The notes beneath the pieces are model-generated. The model made no database searches. It was not told the origin of the DNA and saw only the letters and a list, made by a program, of their open reading frames with translations. From Octopus sinensis (lineage: Eukaryota), in contig NC_043025.1 in NCBI RefSeq assembly GCF_006345805.1, forward strand, positions 9,610,001 through 9,674,000: a stretch of DNA of 64,000 bases, in the 5' to 3' direction. Positions 61,651-64,000 of this stretch are shown in pieces (within the stretch, counting starts at the first letter, position 1; each line of letters opens with the position of its first letter). The position numbers and the translations under genes were made by a program.

Positions 61651-62080
61651 TTGGATCTTTTCGGTTTGAACGGCAGTTTTTAACATAATTTCTAGGTAAC
61701 TAAAAAATGTTAAACTTTGTATACTGGTAGAATGTGTTTATAAAACATCTTTTTGTCTTGGTTTTATTGAGAAAATTCTATAGTTTGTAAGATATTTGTT
61801 GTTTTTTATTTCTTCAATTTCTGCAATTTCAACCAATCAATGACGTCCATTGAGGTAAAAAAACATTCTGTGCCGTATGAATATGTCCCTCGTTTAAGAA
61901 ACAGATTGGGTTTATTTACATTTCTGAAGAAAAAAAGATACCCTTCCCCTCACCCCCACCCCTAACCCTAACCCTAAAACAGATTGAAATGCAATAGATC
62001 GATACTAGGGTCATAATTATGGGTGACAATTTCATATGACACCGCTAGAGAAAACTGCCGTTCAAACCGAAAAGATCCAA
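61651..62080. mobile_element. MITE with 28-bp TIRs and three internal CCCTAA repeats
   Basis: GGATCTTTTCGGTTTGAACGGCAGTTTT / AAAACTGCCGTTCAAACCGAAAAGATCC. Confidence 0.8.
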
Positions 62081-62169
62081 CCTTTTTTCACGCCTATTGA
62101 TCGTGGTGGTTTGGCTGATGGTTTGGACAACCGAGAATTCTTAGATTCAGTTTTGAATCTAGGCTTGGA

Positions 62170-63590
62170 GATGGAAGTGTTAATTGTTACAATCCTTTCT
62201 AACCATATTTCTATTCTTTATCCTATTTCTATGGCTACATTTCCTTCTAATCACTGGTTGTGAGAAATATATTCCTCCTGTATCATTATTACTAGATATG
62301 TTCCCTACACCTAAAATTTTATCATTAAAGCCTTGAGGGTATATGCTACATAATACCTTAATCCCAAGCCATTCTTCTGAAAGTCTCTGCTTAACATTAT
62401 CTATACTGTTATTTATTTGACCAATTTTAAAATTTTACAGTTTTCAAACCCTAAGCTATGCTCTCTAAAGTGTTTGTTACCCAATTTAACCCTTTCGTTA
62501 CTGTATCTATTTTGAGATGCTCTGTGTTTCTTTCAATTACTTTAAATATAACAAAGAATTTAGTAAAATAAGTTAGTTATCATTAAGCTAGTGTTAGGAA
62601 CAGAAATTGTGACTAAGGTTTGGTGGAAGATTTTAATTCAAAACTTATGAAAACAAGACATTTGTACTCAGAGCCAGAGCCGGCTTCAGCCAGGTTGGTA
62701 TCAAAAGGGCTAAGAATTGATTCTCCATTATATATCTTAACCATTTTGTTACCATATTTCTTCTGTTGAGATCCTCTGTGTTTCTTTCAATTACTTTAAA
62801 TATAACAAAGAATTTAGTAAAATAACTTAGTTATCATTCAGCTAGTGTTAGGAACATAAATTGTGACTAAGGCTTGGTGGAAGATTTTAATTCAAAACTT
62901 AAGAAAACAAGACATTTGTACTATAGAGCCAGAGCCGGTTTCAGCCGGGTTGGTATGGAAAGGGTTAAAAATATCATGGTGACTTTAACCCTTTTGTTAC
63001 CATATTTCTGTTGAAATGCTCTGTGTTTCGTTCAATTAATTTTAAATATAACAAAGAACTTAGTAAAATAACTTAGTTATCATTCAGCTAGTGTTAGCAA
63101 CTTAAATTGTGACTAAGGTTTGGTGGAAGATTTTAATTCAAAACTTATGAAAACAAGACATTTGTACTAAAGAGCCAGAGCCGGTTTCAGCCAGGTTCGT
63201 AACGAAAGGGTTAAATGCTCGTCTGTGACTACTGAGATGTTGGTGTAATTCCTGAGTAGTTTGTCCTACGCTGTACACCAAATTCATCGCAACTCATCAA
63301 ATAAATTACATTGCTAGATTTACAACCTAACTGTAGTCCTCCTGGGGCTACAAACTACAGTAGTATCCACCCTTAGGGGTTAGCCATATTTAAATGGCAA
63401 ATATACGTCACGATGTAAATTATTATTTGCAATGAATTTCTTAACTGTACTCTTACCACTGAAAACTTTATTATCTACAAAAACATTACAACGTAAGCAA
63501 TTCTTCTTACCACATTTCTTTACACGACTATTACAAAGAGATATAGATACATAGTCGTTATTTTCTTTATTATAATACAAGCAAAACGCC
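62170..63590 (-). pseudogene. Penelope-like N-terminal GIY-YIG endonuclease remnant, split by a MITE array
   Basis: KKCGKKNCLRC (63380-63580); GCKSSNVIYLMSC...VGQTTQ (about 63240-63330); then IYPQGFNDKILGVGNISS...RRKCSH (about 62200-62400). Confidence 0.7.
62486..63215. mobile_element. Three tandem piggyBac-like MITEs separated by short spacers
   Basis: Same family and TTAA/CCCTTT termini. Confidence 0.82.
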
Positions 63591-63679
63591 TCCCCCCCCG
63601 TCCAATGGACGGTGCTGAGTTGTCAAACATTTAAACCAAATTTGAGACACCAGCAAAAGAAGAAAAAGCCCATCATATA

Positions 63680-63733
63680 TATCATCATATATATATATAT
63701 ATATGTGTGTGTGTATATATATGTATATATATG

Positions 63734-63782
<49 letters not shown>

Positions 63783-63812
63783 GTATATATAATATATGTA
63801 TGTATATATATG

Positions 63813-63844
<32 letters not shown>

Positions 63845-64000
63845 AATGTATATATATATATATGTATATATATATATGTATATATGTATTATATATATAT
63901 GTATAATATATATATGTATGTATGTATATGTGTATATATATATATGTATGTATGTATATGTGTATATATATGTATGTATGTATGTGTATATATATGTATG
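63680..64000. repeat. (TA)n/(TATG)n microsatellite field; similar fields at 155-410 and 3290-3750
   Basis: Direct reading. Confidence 0.95.

Noticed and set aside
61958-61978. CCCTAA telomeric repeats
   Set aside because: Only three units, internal to a TIR-bounded MITE; not a telomere or fusion site.

Overview
Eukaryotic, AT-rich, repeat-dense genomic DNA, almost certainly octopus or a related coleoid cephalopod (inferred from the SINE families and microsatellite style). One protein-coding gene crosses the window on the minus strand: a CLC-7-like lysosomal 2Cl-/H+ exchanger (CLCN7). Ten internal exons (42086 down to 3897) splice through canonical GT-AG introns with matching phases into 1191 nt / 397 codons, running from the helix after the gating glutamate to CBS1. 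The 5' exons (including GKEGP) and the last exons were not found and probably lie outside the window. Everything else is intronic. It holds about 30 copies of a tRNA-derived SINE with an internal (TA)n(TG)n linker, two other tRNA-SINE families, an RTE LINE remnant with a 362-aa ORF and several 3'-UTR fragments with internal VNTRs, and Dong/R4-like fragments in (AAT)n. It also holds Penelope-like pieces (including a Naiad-type N-terminal GIY-YIG element and hammerhead-like ribozymes), non-autonomous Helitrons, hAT/piggyBac/foldback MITEs, Tc1/mariner remnants, and mini- and microsatellites. Most ORFs in the supplied track are microsatellite or SINE artefacts. The most interesting signals are structural: (1) single-headed SINE concatemers with an invariant internal junction and one TSD around the whole multimer; (2) piggyBac-MITE/spacer/MITE sandwiches whose spacers recur identically at distant sites; (3) a Penelope palindrome whose axis coincides with the predicted hammerhead cleavage site; (4) a 9x array of TACTAAC branch-point motifs abutting a CLCN7 acceptor; (5) 133-143 bp target-site duplications. 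All coordinates and folds were read by eye; no searches were run.
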